Below, piece after piece: positions 51,511 through 61,210 of a stretch of DNA of 64,000 bases. Source of the DNA: an uncultured Chloroflexia bacterium. GTDB taxonomy: Bacteria; Chloroflexota; Limnocylindria; QHBO01. The stretch spans positions 100,840-164,839 of the forward strand of contig CAWGIY010000003.1 in NCBI GenBank assembly GCA_963822845.1. The letters run 5' to 3'. Both the position numbers and the translations under genes were made by a program. Each line of letters begins with the position of its first letter. Within the stretch, counting starts at the first letter, position 1. The notes under the pieces are model-generated. The model searched no databases and had not been told where the DNA came from. It saw nothing but the letters and a program-made list of their open reading frames with translations.

Positions 51511-52546
51511 GCTCGATTACGTGGGTGGCGTCCGTGGCTTCGAACGACGAATCGTGGCCGATCACCCCATGCGCGGGGAATTGCGCTACCACGAGCTCGT
51601 CGTGCGCTCGCTGCGCTCGGCCGGGCTGTCGCTGCACACCGTCGGCGACCCGGCGCGCCTCGCCGCCAGCGTCCCGCAGGCGTGGACGCTCCTCGGGCGG
51701 CTCCGCCCCGCCGCTCTGTTCACGACCGGTGGCTACCTCGCCCTGCCGCTCGTGCTCGCGGCGCGCGCGCGCGGGATCCCGACGCTCGTCTGGGAGGGCA
51801 ACGTGCAGCCGGGCCGCGCGACGCGGGCCATCGGTCGCTTCGCGACCCGCGTGGCCGTCAGCTTCCCGCCGACCCTGGCGGCCTTTCCGGGCAATAGCTT
51901 CGTCTCGGGCACGCCGATCCGCTCCTTCACCGGGATCGAGCGAGCGGCCGCTCGGCGATCGTTCGGCCTGGGCCCGGGCGACCGCCTCCTCGTCGTCTTC
52001 GGGGGATCGCAGGCCGTGACCCGCCTCAACACCGCAGTGTTCGACGCGCTGCCGCGGCTGCTCACCGATTGGCACGTCCTTCACCTCGCCGGCGACGCCG
52101 GCATGGCCGATGCGGGCGCCGCGCGCCAGCACCTGCCCAACGAGCTCCGATCGCGCTACACGGCCGAGCCGTTCCTGACCGACCGAATGGCCGATGCGCT
52201 CGTCGCGGCCGATCTCGTCGTCGGGCGCGCCGGCTCGTCCACCTGCGCGGAGCTGACGGCCGTCGGGGTCGCCTCGATCCTCGTGCCGTACCCGTATGCC
52301 GGCGCCCACCAGCGCTACAACGCGTCCTATCTCGGCGACGAGGGCGCGGCGCAGGTCGTGGCCGACGAGGATCTCGACGCCGATCGGCTCGTCGCCGAGG
52401 TGACCGCCCTGCGCGACGACGAGAAGCGCTCACCGATGGCCGACGCGGCCCGGCGCCTGGGCCGCCCGGATGCGGCCCGCGCACTCGCCGACGAGCTCGT
52501 GGCGATGGCCGAGCGGCGACCACTGCCATCGGAGACCGCGGCATGA
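51416..52546 (+). CDS. murG: Undecaprenyldiphospho-muramoylpentapeptide beta-N-acetylglucosaminyltransferase
   Basis: 376 aa. SGGGTGGHVYPALAVA, TGGY...P, GGSQ, V.RAG.ST.AEL...G..SILVPYP.A...HQ..NA. Confidence 0.92.
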   Translation: MRCLVSGGGTGGHVYPALAVARALRDARSDVELDYVGGVRGFERRIVADHPMRGELRYHELVVRSLRSAGLSLHTVGDPARLAASVPQAWTLLGRLRPAALFTTGGYLALPLVLAARARGIPTLVWEGNVQPGRATRAIGRFATRVAVSFPPTLAAFPGNSFVSGTPIRSFTGIERAAARRSFGLGPGDRLLVVFGGSQAVTRLNTAVFDALPRLLTDWHVLHLAGDAGMADAGAARQHLPNELRSRYTAEPFLTDRMADALVAADLVVGRAGSSTCAELTAVGVASILVPYPYAGAHQRYNASYLGDEGAAQVVADEDLDADRLVAEVTALRDDEKRSPMADAARRLGRPDAARALADELVAMAERRPLPSETAA

Positions 52547-53478
52547 GCGCGACCGTGGCCGATGCCCTCGAGCGGCTCGACGCGATGGCGGTCGAGCGCG
52601 GTGTCGAGCTGCGGGCCGACGCCCCCCTCGCGCCGCTCACGACGCTGCGCGTCGGCGGGCCGGCCGACCGCATGGCTGCGCCCAAGACGCTCGACGATCT
52701 GGTCGCCACCCTCAATCTGGCGCGCGAGGCGGGCGTGCCGGCCTTCCTGCTCGGCAAGGGCAGCGACCTTGTCGTCGCCGATGCGGGCATCCGCGGGCTC
52801 GTCGTGCGCGTGCGCGCCGATGCGGCGACGATCGACGGCACCACGCTCGTGGCCGATGCGGGCGCCTCGATGACGGCGCTCGCCAAGCGCTGCGCGGGGG
52901 CCGGCCTGGCCGGCTTCGACTGGGCGATCAGCATCCCCGGCACCGTCGGCGGCGCCGTGTGGGCGAACGCGGGAGCGCACGGCGGCGAGATGGCCCACGT
53001 CGTTCGCGAGGTCGAGGTGCTCGGTCCCGACGGCGAGCGCCGGCGCATCGGCCCCGAGGATTGCGCCTTCGCCTACCGCGACTCGCGCTTCAAGCACGGC
53101 GAGGAGGTGGTCCTCCGCACGAGCATCGGCCTGGAGCCGGGCGACCCCGATGCCATCCGCGCCCTCGTCGACGGCCACCAGGCGCACCGGCGCGCGACCC
53201 AGCCGCTGGCCGACCAGAACGCGGGGAGCGTCTTCCGCAATCCGCCAGGCGACCACGCCGGTCGGCTCATCGAGGGGGCCGGGCTGAAGGGCCACCGCAT
53301 CGGCACTGCGCGCGTCAGCGAGCTGCATGCGAACTTCATCGTGACCGATCGCGGCGGCCGCGCCGCCGACGTCCGCGATCTCGGAGACCACGTCCGTGCC
53401 TCGGTCGCCGAGCGCTTTGGCGTCGAGCTGCGCTACGAGATCGAGTTCGTCGGCGAGTGGCCGGAGGCGAGCGAGTGA
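52543..53478 (+). CDS. murB: UDP-N-acetylenolpyruvoylglucosamine reductase
   Basis: 311 aa. T.LRVGGPAD, LG.GS.L.V.D.G..G, PGTVGGAV..NAGA.GGE, AGS.F.NP. ATGA overlap with murG. Confidence 0.9.
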   Translation: MSATVADALERLDAMAVERGVELRADAPLAPLTTLRVGGPADRMAAPKTLDDLVATLNLAREAGVPAFLLGKGSDLVVADAGIRGLVVRVRADAATIDGTTLVADAGASMTALAKRCAGAGLAGFDWAISIPGTVGGAVWANAGAHGGEMAHVVREVEVLGPDGERRRIGPEDCAFAYRDSRFKHGEEVVLRTSIGLEPGDPDAIRALVDGHQAHRRATQPLADQNAGSVFRNPPGDHAGRLIEGAGLKGHRIGTARVSELHANFIVTDRGGRAADVRDLGDHVRASVAERFGVELRYEIEFVGEWPEASE

Positions 53479-54581
53479 GCCGCCTGCGGGTCGGCGTCTT
53501 CGCCGGTGGGCGTTCGGCCGAGCACGAGGTCAGCGTGGCCTCGGCCGAGGCGGTGCTCCGTGCCATCGACCGCGATCGGTTCGAGCCGTACCTCGTCTAC
53601 ATCGACCGAGACGGGCACTGGATGCTGCCGGACGGACCCGCCCCGCTGCTCGCCGACGGGACCTCCCTGGCGGGCCTCGTCGGCGCCGCCAGCCCGGCCG
53701 AGGAGGTTGCCGTGCTTCGCACGCACGCCGGCCACCCGCTGGCCACGACCGGCGACGACCGCATCGCCGCCCGCGCCGCGGTCCGATCGCTGGCCGAGAC
53801 GATCGACGTCGCGTTCCTCGTCGTCCACGGCCCGTTCGGCGAGGACGGCACGCTGCAGGGCTTCCTGGAGCTTGCCGGCATCCCGTACACCGGAGCCGGC
53901 GTGCTCGCCAGCGCCGTGGCGATGGACAAGGTCGTCTTCAAGGACCTGATGCGCGGCCACGGCCTGCCGGTCGTCGCGTCGTGCTGGTTCCGGCGTAGCG
54001 CCTGGGAGCGTGAGCCGGACCACGTCCGTCGCGCCGTGGTCGAGACGCTCGGCGAGCGCGTGGTCGTGAAGCCGGCGCGTCTCGGCAGCAGCGTCGGGAT
54101 GTCGCTCGTCCACGAGGTCGACGGGCTGACGGCCGCGCTCGACGAGGCGTTCGCCTACGACAGCAAGGTCATCGTCGAGACGTACGTCGAGGGCGCACGT
54201 GAGCTCGAGTGCGGGGTGCTCGGCAACGACGAGCCGATCGTCTTCGAGCCCGGCGAGGTCCGCTCGAGCCACGAGTTCTACGACTACGAGGCGAAGTACG
54301 TCGCCGGCCTCGCCACCGTCGAGCCTCGGGCACGGGTGGATCCCGATCTCGCAGCGCGACTGAAGGAGCTCTCGCTGGCCGCGTATCGCGCGGTGGACGC
54401 CGCCGGCCTGGCGCGGATCGACTTCCTCGTCACCGCCGACGAGACGTTCCTGTCCGAGATGAACACGCTGCCCGGGTTCACGTCGACCAGCATGTACCCC
54501 AAGCAGGCCGAGCTCGCCGGCCTGCCGTTCGGCGACCTCATCGCCCGCCTCGTCGAGCTAGCGCTGGAGCGAGACCGATGA
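53475..54581 (+). CDS. ddl: D-alanine--D-alanine ligase
   Basis: 368 aa. GGRSAEHEVS, HGP.GEDG.LQG.LE...IPY.G.GVLASA..MDK, KPA..GSSVG, E.N.LPGFT..SMYP. Confidence 0.92.
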   Translation: MSRLRVGVFAGGRSAEHEVSVASAEAVLRAIDRDRFEPYLVYIDRDGHWMLPDGPAPLLADGTSLAGLVGAASPAEEVAVLRTHAGHPLATTGDDRIAARAAVRSLAETIDVAFLVVHGPFGEDGTLQGFLELAGIPYTGAGVLASAVAMDKVVFKDLMRGHGLPVVASCWFRRSAWEREPDHVRRAVVETLGERVVVKPARLGSSVGMSLVHEVDGLTAALDEAFAYDSKVIVETYVEGARELECGVLGNDEPIVFEPGEVRSSHEFYDYEAKYVAGLATVEPRARVDPDLAARLKELSLAAYRAVDAAGLARIDFLVTADETFLSEMNTLPGFTSTSMYPKQAELAGLPFGDLIARLVELALERDR

Positions 54582-55495
54582 AGCTCAGGCCCCAGCCACG
54601 TTCGCCGAAGGCGCGACCGGCGCGGGCCGCAAAGCGGGCCCGACCCCGGGCCGTCTCGCGCGGCACCGGGCGGATGGCCCGGCGGCCCGGCATCTCGTTC
54701 CGCCGTCGGGTGGGCGCCCGGCTGCCGTCGTTCCGCCGGCTCATCGCGGGGGTCGGCGCAGTGGCCGGCGCATCGGTGCTCATGGCGCTCCTGAACGGGC
54801 CGTGGGTGCTCGTCACCGACGTGGCGTGGGGCGGGGAGCGGTACACCGCGGACGATGACCTGCGCGACGCGCTCGAGACCCAGGTCGGCGCCAGCCTTCT
54901 CGCCGTGGACACCGACGCGATCCGCGAGGAGATCGAGCGCCTGCCGGCGGTGGCGAGCGCATCGGTCACGGCCGGCATCGGCGGCCGGCTGGAGGCGACG
55001 GTCGTCGAGCGCGACGCAGCCTTCGTGTGGCTGACGGATACCTCGCGCTTCCTCGGGGCGTCGGACGGAACGATCTTCGCCCGCGTCCGGCGGTCCGGCG
55101 AGCCCGATCCCGAGATGGCGAGGCTGCCCCAGATCGTTGACCATCGGTCGAGCACGGGACTCCTGTCGGTGGGTGACGTCATTCCCGCGCCGCTGCTGCG
55201 CACCGCGCTTCGCGTCGCCACGCTCGACCCGGCGCTCCTCGGCTCGGAGGAGGCCAGCCTCGGCGTGCAGCTCGACGACGAGTTCGGCTTCCGGCTCATC
55301 GCGACCGAGCAGGGCTGGGAGGTGGCCCTCGGCGTCTACGGCATCGACCCGCGCGAGACCGTCGCGGAAGCGGACGAGCGGCTCGAGAGTCAGATCACCG
55401 CGGTGCGCACCCTCTTCGCCGCTCACGCGGAGGAAGAGGTCGGTTGGGTGGATGTGCGCAACCCGGGAAGGGTATATTTCCGTGCGAAGGGGTGA
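54578..55495 (+). CDS. ftsQ: Cell division protein FtsQ/DivIB (POTRA)
   Basis: 305 aa. Basic N-terminus, one TM segment, then a POTRA-like region (G.......L...L.....G.SLL.VD.......I..LP.V.SA.V). Canonical position. Confidence 0.7.
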   Translation: MKLRPQPRSPKARPARAAKRARPRAVSRGTGRMARRPGISFRRRVGARLPSFRRLIAGVGAVAGASVLMALLNGPWVLVTDVAWGGERYTADDDLRDALETQVGASLLAVDTDAIREEIERLPAVASASVTAGIGGRLEATVVERDAAFVWLTDTSRFLGASDGTIFARVRRSGEPDPEMARLPQIVDHRSSTGLLSVGDVIPAPLLRTALRVATLDPALLGSEEASLGVQLDDEFGFRLIATEQGWEVALGVYGIDPRETVAEADERLESQITAVRTLFAAHAEEEVGWVDVRNPGRVYFRAKG

Positions 55496-55551
55496 CGTGA
55501 TCGGGACGCGACGCCTCGTCTGCCGAGACCCTCGCTTCGGGACCGTCCCAG

Positions 55552-55875
55552 ATGTGGCTTCCGCTGATCGGCCTTGCGCTCGGAATCGCGCTCGGGCTGG
55601 TGCTCAATGTGAATGTGAGCCCCGACCTGGCGCGCTACTCGGCCGTGGCCATCCTGGCCGGCCTCGACTCGGTGCTTGGCGCCATCCGCGCCGAGCTCGA
55701 CGACCACTACGACAACCGGATCTTCATCAGCGGCTTCATCACGAACACGCTGGTGGCCGTCGCGCTGACGTTCGTCGGCGACCGGCTGGGCATCGATCTC
55801 TACCTCGTCGCGCTGTTCGCCTTCGGCCTGCGCATCTTCCAGAACGTGGCCCTCATTCGGCGCCACTTCCTGTAG
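55552..55875 (+). CDS. sbp: Small basic protein Sbp (DUF1290)
   Basis: 107 aa. PLIGLALGIALGL......Y.AVAILAGLDSVLGAIRA......D..IFISGF..N.L.A..L...GD.LG.DLYL.A...FG.RIF.N.A.IRR. Resembles B. subtilis Sbp/YlxX, which also sits between divIB and ftsA. Confidence 0.75.
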   Translation: MWLPLIGLALGIALGLVLNVNVSPDLARYSAVAILAGLDSVLGAIRAELDDHYDNRIFISGFITNTLVAVALTFVGDRLGIDLYLVALFAFGLRIFQNVALIRRHFL

Positions 55876-55929
55876 GCTCGGCCATGACCGATGGCGCGCT
55901 CTCCGAGCACGCCCGGAGCAGGAGGTAGC

Positions 55930-57165
55930 TTGGAACGCGAAGCTGTCCTGGTCGGGATCGACGCGGGCACGACGAAGGTGACGACCCTCATCGGCGAGGT
56001 CGGCAGGTCCGGTGACGTCAACGTCATCGGCTATGGCATCTCGCCGTCCGTCGGGATGAAGAAGGGGATGGTCGCGAACATCGACCAGACCGTGAACTCG
56101 ATCTCGTCGAGCGTCGAGAAGGCCGAGCGCCTCTCCGGCTACAAGATCAGCTCCGCCTTCGTCGCCGTCGGCGGCTCGCACATCAGCTCGCAGAACTCGC
56201 GCGGCGTCGTCGCGGTCTCCGGGCACAAGAGAGAGGTGAGCCGCGAGGACGTCGGGCGTGCGACCGATGCGGCCAAGGCCGTCCAGGTGCCCTCGAACCG
56301 CGAGATCCTGCACGTCGTGCCGCGCGGCTACATCGTCGACGGCCAGGAGGGGATCAAGGACCCGCTCGGGATGAGTGCGGTGCGCCTCGAGGTGGAGACG
56401 CACATCGTGGCCGGCGCGGCGACCTCGGTCCAGAACCTGTCCAAGTGCGTCAGCGGCGCCGGCGTCCAGATCGACGAGATGGTGATCAGCTCACTGGCCG
56501 CGGCCGAGGCGACGCTGACCGATACCGAGAAGGAGCTCGGCGTGCTGGTGGCCGACATCGGCGGCGGCACGACCGACATCGCGATCTTCGTCGATGGCGC
56601 GGTCTACCACACCGCCGTGCTGCCGGTCGGCGGGATCAACGTCACCAACGACGTCGCCATCGGCCTGCGAACCTCGCTGAACCTCGCCGAGGAGATCAAG
56701 ATCAAGCACGGGACCGCCAATCTGGCCGAGGTCGAGCCGCAGGAGCTGCTCAACGTCGCCGTCCTCGGCGAGTCTGCCGGGCAGACGATCCAGCGCCGCA
56801 AGCTGTGCGAGATCATCGAGGCCCGGATGGGCGAGATCCTCAGCCTCATCCGCGAGGAGGTGAAGCGCTCAGGCCATGCGGGCATGCTGCCGGCCGGCGC
56901 CGTCCTCACCGGCGGTGCGGCGCGCATCGCCGGCGTCGACGTGCTCGCCCGCGACACGCTCGAGATGCCGGTCCGTACCGGCTCGCCGCAGGGAGTCGGC
57001 GGCCTCATGGACCAGATCGGCAACCCGGCCTTCGCGACCCCGATCGGCCTCCTGCTGTGGGGCGCTCACCACCTTGGCGAGGAGCCGATCGGGTACGGCA
57101 CGGCCAACGGCACGAACCCGTTCTCGCGCGTCGGCGAGTGGGTGCGGAACCTGTTCCCCGGCTAG
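55930..57165 (+). CDS. ftsA: Cell division protein FtsA
   Basis: 411 aa. VGIDAGTTKV, actin-fold motifs (DIGGGTTD, LTGGAA). TTG start 5 nt after GGAGG. Confidence 0.9.
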   Translation: MEREAVLVGIDAGTTKVTTLIGEVGRSGDVNVIGYGISPSVGMKKGMVANIDQTVNSISSSVEKAERLSGYKISSAFVAVGGSHISSQNSRGVVAVSGHKREVSREDVGRATDAAKAVQVPSNREILHVVPRGYIVDGQEGIKDPLGMSAVRLEVETHIVAGAATSVQNLSKCVSGAGVQIDEMVISSLAAAEATLTDTEKELGVLVADIGGGTTDIAIFVDGAVYHTAVLPVGGINVTNDVAIGLRTSLNLAEEIKIKHGTANLAEVEPQELLNVAVLGESAGQTIQRRKLCEIIEARMGEILSLIREEVKRSGHAGMLPAGAVLTGGAARIAGVDVLARDTLEMPVRTGSPQGVGGLMDQIGNPAFATPIGLLLWGAHHLGEEPIGYGTANGTNPFSRVGEWVRNLFPG

Positions 57166-57234
57166 GAGTGCATGCCATCGCCAGTGTCGAGCTGAGGGAC
57201 CGTCTCCGCCACGTCGCTGCCACCTGTCAAGGAA

Positions 57235-57252
57235 TATATCGCTACTGATATA
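57235..57252. promoter_or_regulatory. AT-rich inverted repeat TATATC-N6-GATATA in the ftsA-ftsZ spacer
   Basis: Read directly. One of the few AT-rich patches in the window. Confidence 0.4.
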
Positions 57253-57291
57253 GCCGCTGACCGCGCTGCGCTCTCATCGAAGGCCCCCCGC

Positions 57292-57364
57292 GGTGGACAT
57301 CGGTCCAGACCTTTCCACGCTCGAACGTCGCAGTGTGGATAACTCCGTGCCCGGATGTGGAAAA
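57292..57364. promoter_or_regulatory. DnaA-box cluster upstream of ftsZ
   Basis: Perfect TGTGGATAA at 57334-57342. TGTGGAAAA at 57356-57364 (8/9). CTTTCCACG at 57311-57319 and GGTGGACAT at 57292-57300 (6/9 each; weaker). Confidence 0.55.
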
Positions 57365-57391
57365 CGTCCCACGCCGTCATACGACGATCGC

Positions 57392-57397
57392 TAGAAT
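57392..57397 (+). promoter_or_regulatory. -10 box TAGAAT(CGG) for ftsZ
   Basis: TCGCTAGAATCGGTC is identical to 22250-22264. Lies 57 nt before the ftsZ ATG. Confidence 0.5.
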
Positions 57398-57454
57398 CGG
57401 TCAAACCCGTCGAGCCCTCGGGTTTGCCCGCACTCATCGAGAGGATCACCCGAC

Positions 57455-58705
57455 ATGCCGCTCCGATCGGACTCAGAGAACTTCGCACTCATCAAGGTCA
57501 TCGGGGTCGGTGGCGGCGGAAGCAACGCCGTCAACCGGATGATCCGGGCCGAGATGATGGGCGTCGAGTTCATCAGCGTGAACACCGATGCGCAGGCGTT
57601 GCTCCAGAGCGACGCGCCGCACAAGATCCGCATCGGCGACAAGATGACCCGCGGTCTCGGTGCCGGAGCCGACCCGGGCGTCGGCCAGCGCGCCGCCGAG
57701 GAGGACTCCGAGAAGATCTACGAGGCGCTCAAGGACGCCGACATGATCTTCATCACCGCCGGCATGGGCGGTGGGACCGGATCCGGCGCCGCACCGGTCA
57801 TCGCGGAGATCGCCAAGGACCTCGGTTCGCTGACGGTCGCCGTCGTGACGAAGCCGTTCAGCTTCGAGGGGATGCGCCGCAAGCTCGTCGCCGAGCAGTT
57901 CACCGAGCTGCTCAAGGAGAAGGTCGACACCCTCATCACGATCCCGAACGACCGCCTGCGCGAGGTCGTCGACAAGAAGACCTCGATCGTCGATGCGTTC
58001 CGGGTCGTCGACGACGTGCTGCGCCAGGGCGTGCAGGGCATCAGCGACCTCATCACCGTGCCGGGCCTCATCAACCTCGACTTCGCCGACGTGAAGACGA
58101 TCATGCGTGAGGCGGGCAGCTCGATGATGGGCATCGGCATCGGCACCGGCGAGAATCGCGCGATCGAGGCGGCACGCGCCGCGGTCATGAGCCCACTGCT
58201 CGAGGTCAACATCACCGGCGCGCGCGGCATCCTCTTCAACGTCACCGGTGGCAGCGACCTCGGCCTCTTCGAGGTCAACGAGGCGGCCGAGGTGATCAAG
58301 GAGGCCGCCGATCCGGAGGCCAACATCATCTTCGGCACGGTCATCGACGATCGGATGCGCGACGAGGTGAAGGTCACCGTCATCGCCACCGGCTTCGACT
58401 CGTCGAGGAAGGCGAAGCCATCGAAGTACGGGGCCGATGCGAGCGCCGGGATCGAGACCTCGCTCGACGAGCGCAGTCGCGAGATCCTCGCCGAGATCGA
58501 GCGCGATCGCGAGCAGCGCCAGAGCCTGACCGAGCAGCTCGGGACGGAGTCGCCGTTCGCCAAGCCGTCGGAGCGGGAGGCGACCGAGGTCCGTCCGCCG
58601 GAGCGCAAGCCGCTGCCGGTCAGCTCGGGCAGCCTCGAGCAGCGACCCGCCTACAACGAGTCGGACCTCGACATCCCGAGCTTCCTGCGCCGCAAGGGCG
58701 ACTGA
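57455..58705 (+). CDS. ftsZ: Cell division GTPase FtsZ
   Basis: 416 aa. [40 protein letters not shown] (tubulin signature), C-terminal DIPSFLRR peptide. Confidence 0.95.
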   Translation: MPLRSDSENFALIKVIGVGGGGSNAVNRMIRAEMMGVEFISVNTDAQALLQSDAPHKIRIGDKMTRGLGAGADPGVGQRAAEEDSEKIYEALKDADMIFITAGMGGGTGSGAAPVIAEIAKDLGSLTVAVVTKPFSFEGMRRKLVAEQFTELLKEKVDTLITIPNDRLREVVDKKTSIVDAFRVVDDVLRQGVQGISDLITVPGLINLDFADVKTIMREAGSSMMGIGIGTGENRAIEAARAAVMSPLLEVNITGARGILFNVTGGSDLGLFEVNEAAEVIKEAADPEANIIFGTVIDDRMRDEVKVTVIATGFDSSRKAKPSKYGADASAGIETSLDERSREILAEIERDREQRQSLTEQLGTESPFAKPSEREATEVRPPERKPLPVSSGSLEQRPAYNESDLDIPSFLRRKGD

Positions 58706-58761
58706 CCGGGCCGATATCGGCCACCCCTTCGACGCGACTCGGCCATGTACCCGCGGAGCGG

Positions 58762-59463
58762 GTGGCTCCCGGCTGGCACGATGAGCGCGTGACGCCGACC
58801 GCCGACGAGATCCGCGAGCGACACGACCGCCTGCTCGGTCGCCTGCGCGCGATCGCGGAGACCAGCGGGCACGATCCGGATCGGCTGCGGATCGTGGCAG
58901 TGACGAAAGGCTGGCCACTCGAGGTCGCGCGGGCCGCGTTCGACGCGGGCCTGACCGTGCTCGGTGAGAGCCGCGTCCAGGAGGCCGAGCCAAAGGTCGC
59001 GGCCATCCCCGAGGCGGAGTGGCACCTCGTCGGCCGGCTGCAGTCGAACAAGGCACGCCGGGCGGCCAGCGCTTTCGAGGTCATCCACTCGGTCGACACG
59101 CCGAAGCTGCTGGGGCTCCTCGCGGCCGATGAGGCGCCCCGACCGCGGCTCCTGCTCCAGGTGAACGTCACCGGCGAGGCCGCGAAGGCCGGGATGGCGC
59201 CGGAGGACGCGCTGGCCATGGCGCCGGCACTGGCGGGCGTGCCCGTCATCGGTCTGATGACGATCGCGCGGATGGAAGCGACCGACGAGGAGGCGAGGGC
59301 GACCTTCCGGCGGCTGCGGGAGCTGCGCGATCGGCTGGCGCAGGCGTCCGGCATCGGTCTGGAGGAGCTGTCGATGGGCATGAGCGCCGATGCCGAGGCG
59401 GCCGCCGCCGAGGGCGCCACGCTGGTCAGAATCGGCACCGCGCTGTTCGGGCCTCGAGGCTGA
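58762..59463 (+). CDS. yggS: YggS-family pyridoxal-phosphate homeostasis protein
   Basis: VAVTKG, GES.VQE, WHLVG.LQSNK, LLQVN...E..K.G, LSMGMS.D...A...GAT.VRIG.ALFG. An alternative GTG start lies at 58789. Confidence 0.85.
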   Translation: MAPGWHDERVTPTADEIRERHDRLLGRLRAIAETSGHDPDRLRIVAVTKGWPLEVARAAFDAGLTVLGESRVQEAEPKVAAIPEAEWHLVGRLQSNKARRAASAFEVIHSVDTPKLLGLLAADEAPRPRLLLQVNVTGEAAKAGMAPEDALAMAPALAGVPVIGLMTIARMEATDEEARATFRRLRELRDRLAQASGIGLEELSMGMSADAEAAAAEGATLVRIGTALFGPRG

Positions 59464-59485
59464 TCGCTGGTATTCTCCGGTGTCC

Positions 59486-59743
59486 ATGGAGCTGATCGTC
59501 ACGTTCGTCCAGTTCCTCGCCTTTGCCGTCTGGTTCCTGCTCATCGGGCGCGTCCTGCTGAGCTGGACGAACCCAACGGGCGGTGGCGGGCTGACCGCGT
59601 TCATCTACCAGGCCACCGAGCCGATCCTCGCGCCGATCCGTCGCGTGCTGCCGCCGACCAGCGGGATCGACTGGTCGCCCCTGGTCGCGATGCTGCTGAT
59701 CGGTGTCGTGGTCCGGGTGCTGACCCAGCTGCAACCTCGCTGA
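59486..59743 (+). CDS. yggT: YggT-family membrane protein
   Basis: 85 aa. F..F....L..R..LSW............TEP.L.P.RR.LP...G.D.SP. Canonical position after yggS. Confidence 0.8.
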   Translation: MELIVTFVQFLAFAVWFLLIGRVLLSWTNPTGGGGLTAFIYQATEPILAPIRRVLPPTSGIDWSPLVAMLLIGVVVRVLTQLQPR

Positions 59744-59905
59744 GTCGCGGATCGCTTCGGCGTGTCCCAGCTCGAATTGCGGGTGACGCCCGGCGCCGGA
59801 TCCGACACGGTCGGACCATACGAGGCCGGTCGACGGCCTTGACGATGACGAGCTCGTGCGCCGCCTCCGCCTCATCGGTCCGGCGTGAGCCCGGGGATGA
59901 GCCGC

Positions 59906-59911
59906 TATACT
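59906..59911 (+). promoter_or_regulatory. -10 box TATACT(CGG) upstream of tRNA-Val
   Basis: GCTATACTCGGCC, 13 nt before the tRNA 5' end. Same decamer as at 24550-24559. Confidence 0.45.
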
Positions 59912-59924
59912 CGGCCTCCCCAAT

Positions 59925-59998
59925 GGGCGATTAGCTCAGCTGGTTAGAGTGCACGGTTCACATCCGTGAGGTCACTGGTTCGAATCCAGTATCGCCCA
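59925..59998 (+). tRNA. tRNA-Val (CAC)
   Basis: Acceptor GGGCGAT/ATCGCCC, anticodon stem CACGG/CCGTG with loop TTCACAT, T-loop GGTTCGAATCC, CCA encoded at 59999-60001. Confidence 0.9.
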
Positions 59999-60018
59999 CC
60001 ATTCCTCACCCTCCGGCC

Positions 60019-61210
60019 ATGCGCGTCGCGCTGACCACCGAGTCGTACCTGCCGTACGTCTCGGGCGTGACCGTCTCGGTCGACGCGCTCGCGCGCGGCC
60101 TCGGCGCGCGCGGTCACGAGGTGCTCGTGATCGCCCCGCGGCCGGCGACCGGGAGCGTCACGCAGGCGGTCGGCTCCCCGGGTCCCGAGCCGGGGATCGC
60201 GTGGCTTCCGTCCTATCAGCTCCCGCGTCTTCGTACCGCCGGCATACCGGATGGCGTGGCCGAATCCGTGGGCGGGCGCGGTCCGTCAGGCGGCCCGCTG
60301 GCGCCCGGACGTCGTGCACGCCCACTCGCCGTTCGTCACCGGCCTCCTGGCGCGCAACCTGGCGCGGTCGAGCCGAGCTCCACTCGTCTTCACCCATCAC
60401 ACGCGGTTCGCCGACTACGGCCACTATCTCGGCCCGTTGGCCGCGCCGGGCTCCGCCCTGACCGATGCCTACCTCCGGCGCTTCTGGGCCGGCTGCGCGG
60501 CGATCATCGCGCCGTCGAGCGATCTGGCCGACGAGATCCGTGGGCGCCTGCGGGAGGACCGTCGCGACCGGGTCCACGTCGTGCCCACCGGCATCGACGT
60601 CGACGGCATCCGGGCGCTCGACGCGGTCGATCCGCGGCCGATGGCCAGATGGCCGGCCGACGCGGTGGTCGTCGCCACGCTCGGCCGGCTGGCGCCGGAG
60701 AAGAGCGTCGACGTCATCCTCGGTGCCGCTGCCGTGGCCCTGGAGCGGACGCCATCCGCGCGGCTGCTCGTGATCGGCGGCGGCCCGTCGGAGACCGCCC
60801 TGCGGCAACGGGCGGAGGCCTTCGGTGGCGCAATCCACCTGACCGGCGCGCTGCCGCGGCTCGAGGCACTGGCACTGTTGCGCGGGGCGGACCTCTTCAC
60901 CTTCGCGTCGCGCACCGAGACCCAGGGGCTCGTCCTGGCCGAGGCGCTCGCCGCCGGTCTGCCCGCCGTGGCAGTCGAGGGACCGGGGGTGGCGGACACC
61001 GTCCGCGACGGCGTCGACGGTCGGATCGTCACCGCCGAGCCGGAGGCGACCCGCGCGGAGCGGCTGGGCGTCGCGCTCGCGGAGCTCGTCGAGGATCCCG
61101 CGTGGCGGGGCACCCTTGCCGATCGTGCAGCCGCTGATGCCGACCGATTCGCGCTGCCAAGACGGGTCGCGGAGATCGAGGAGATCTACCTGGCCGCCAC
61201 CTCGGCGTAG
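60019..61210 (+). pseudogene. GT4-family glycosyltransferase with a single frameshift near 60226
   Basis: N-terminus MRVALTTESYLPYVSGV...RGHEVLVIAP is in frame 1. The rest (PDVVHAHSPF...LGRLAPEK...E.QGLVLAEALAAGLP.V) is in frame 2. The junction reads LPSYQLPR | VFVPPAYRMAWP. Confidence 0.75.

Noticed and set aside
57225-57253. TGTCAA-N17-ATATAG as a second ftsZ promoter
   Set aside because: Both hexamers are weak matches and overlap the AT-rich inverted repeat. The TAGAATCGG element at 57392 fits the window-wide -10 pattern better.
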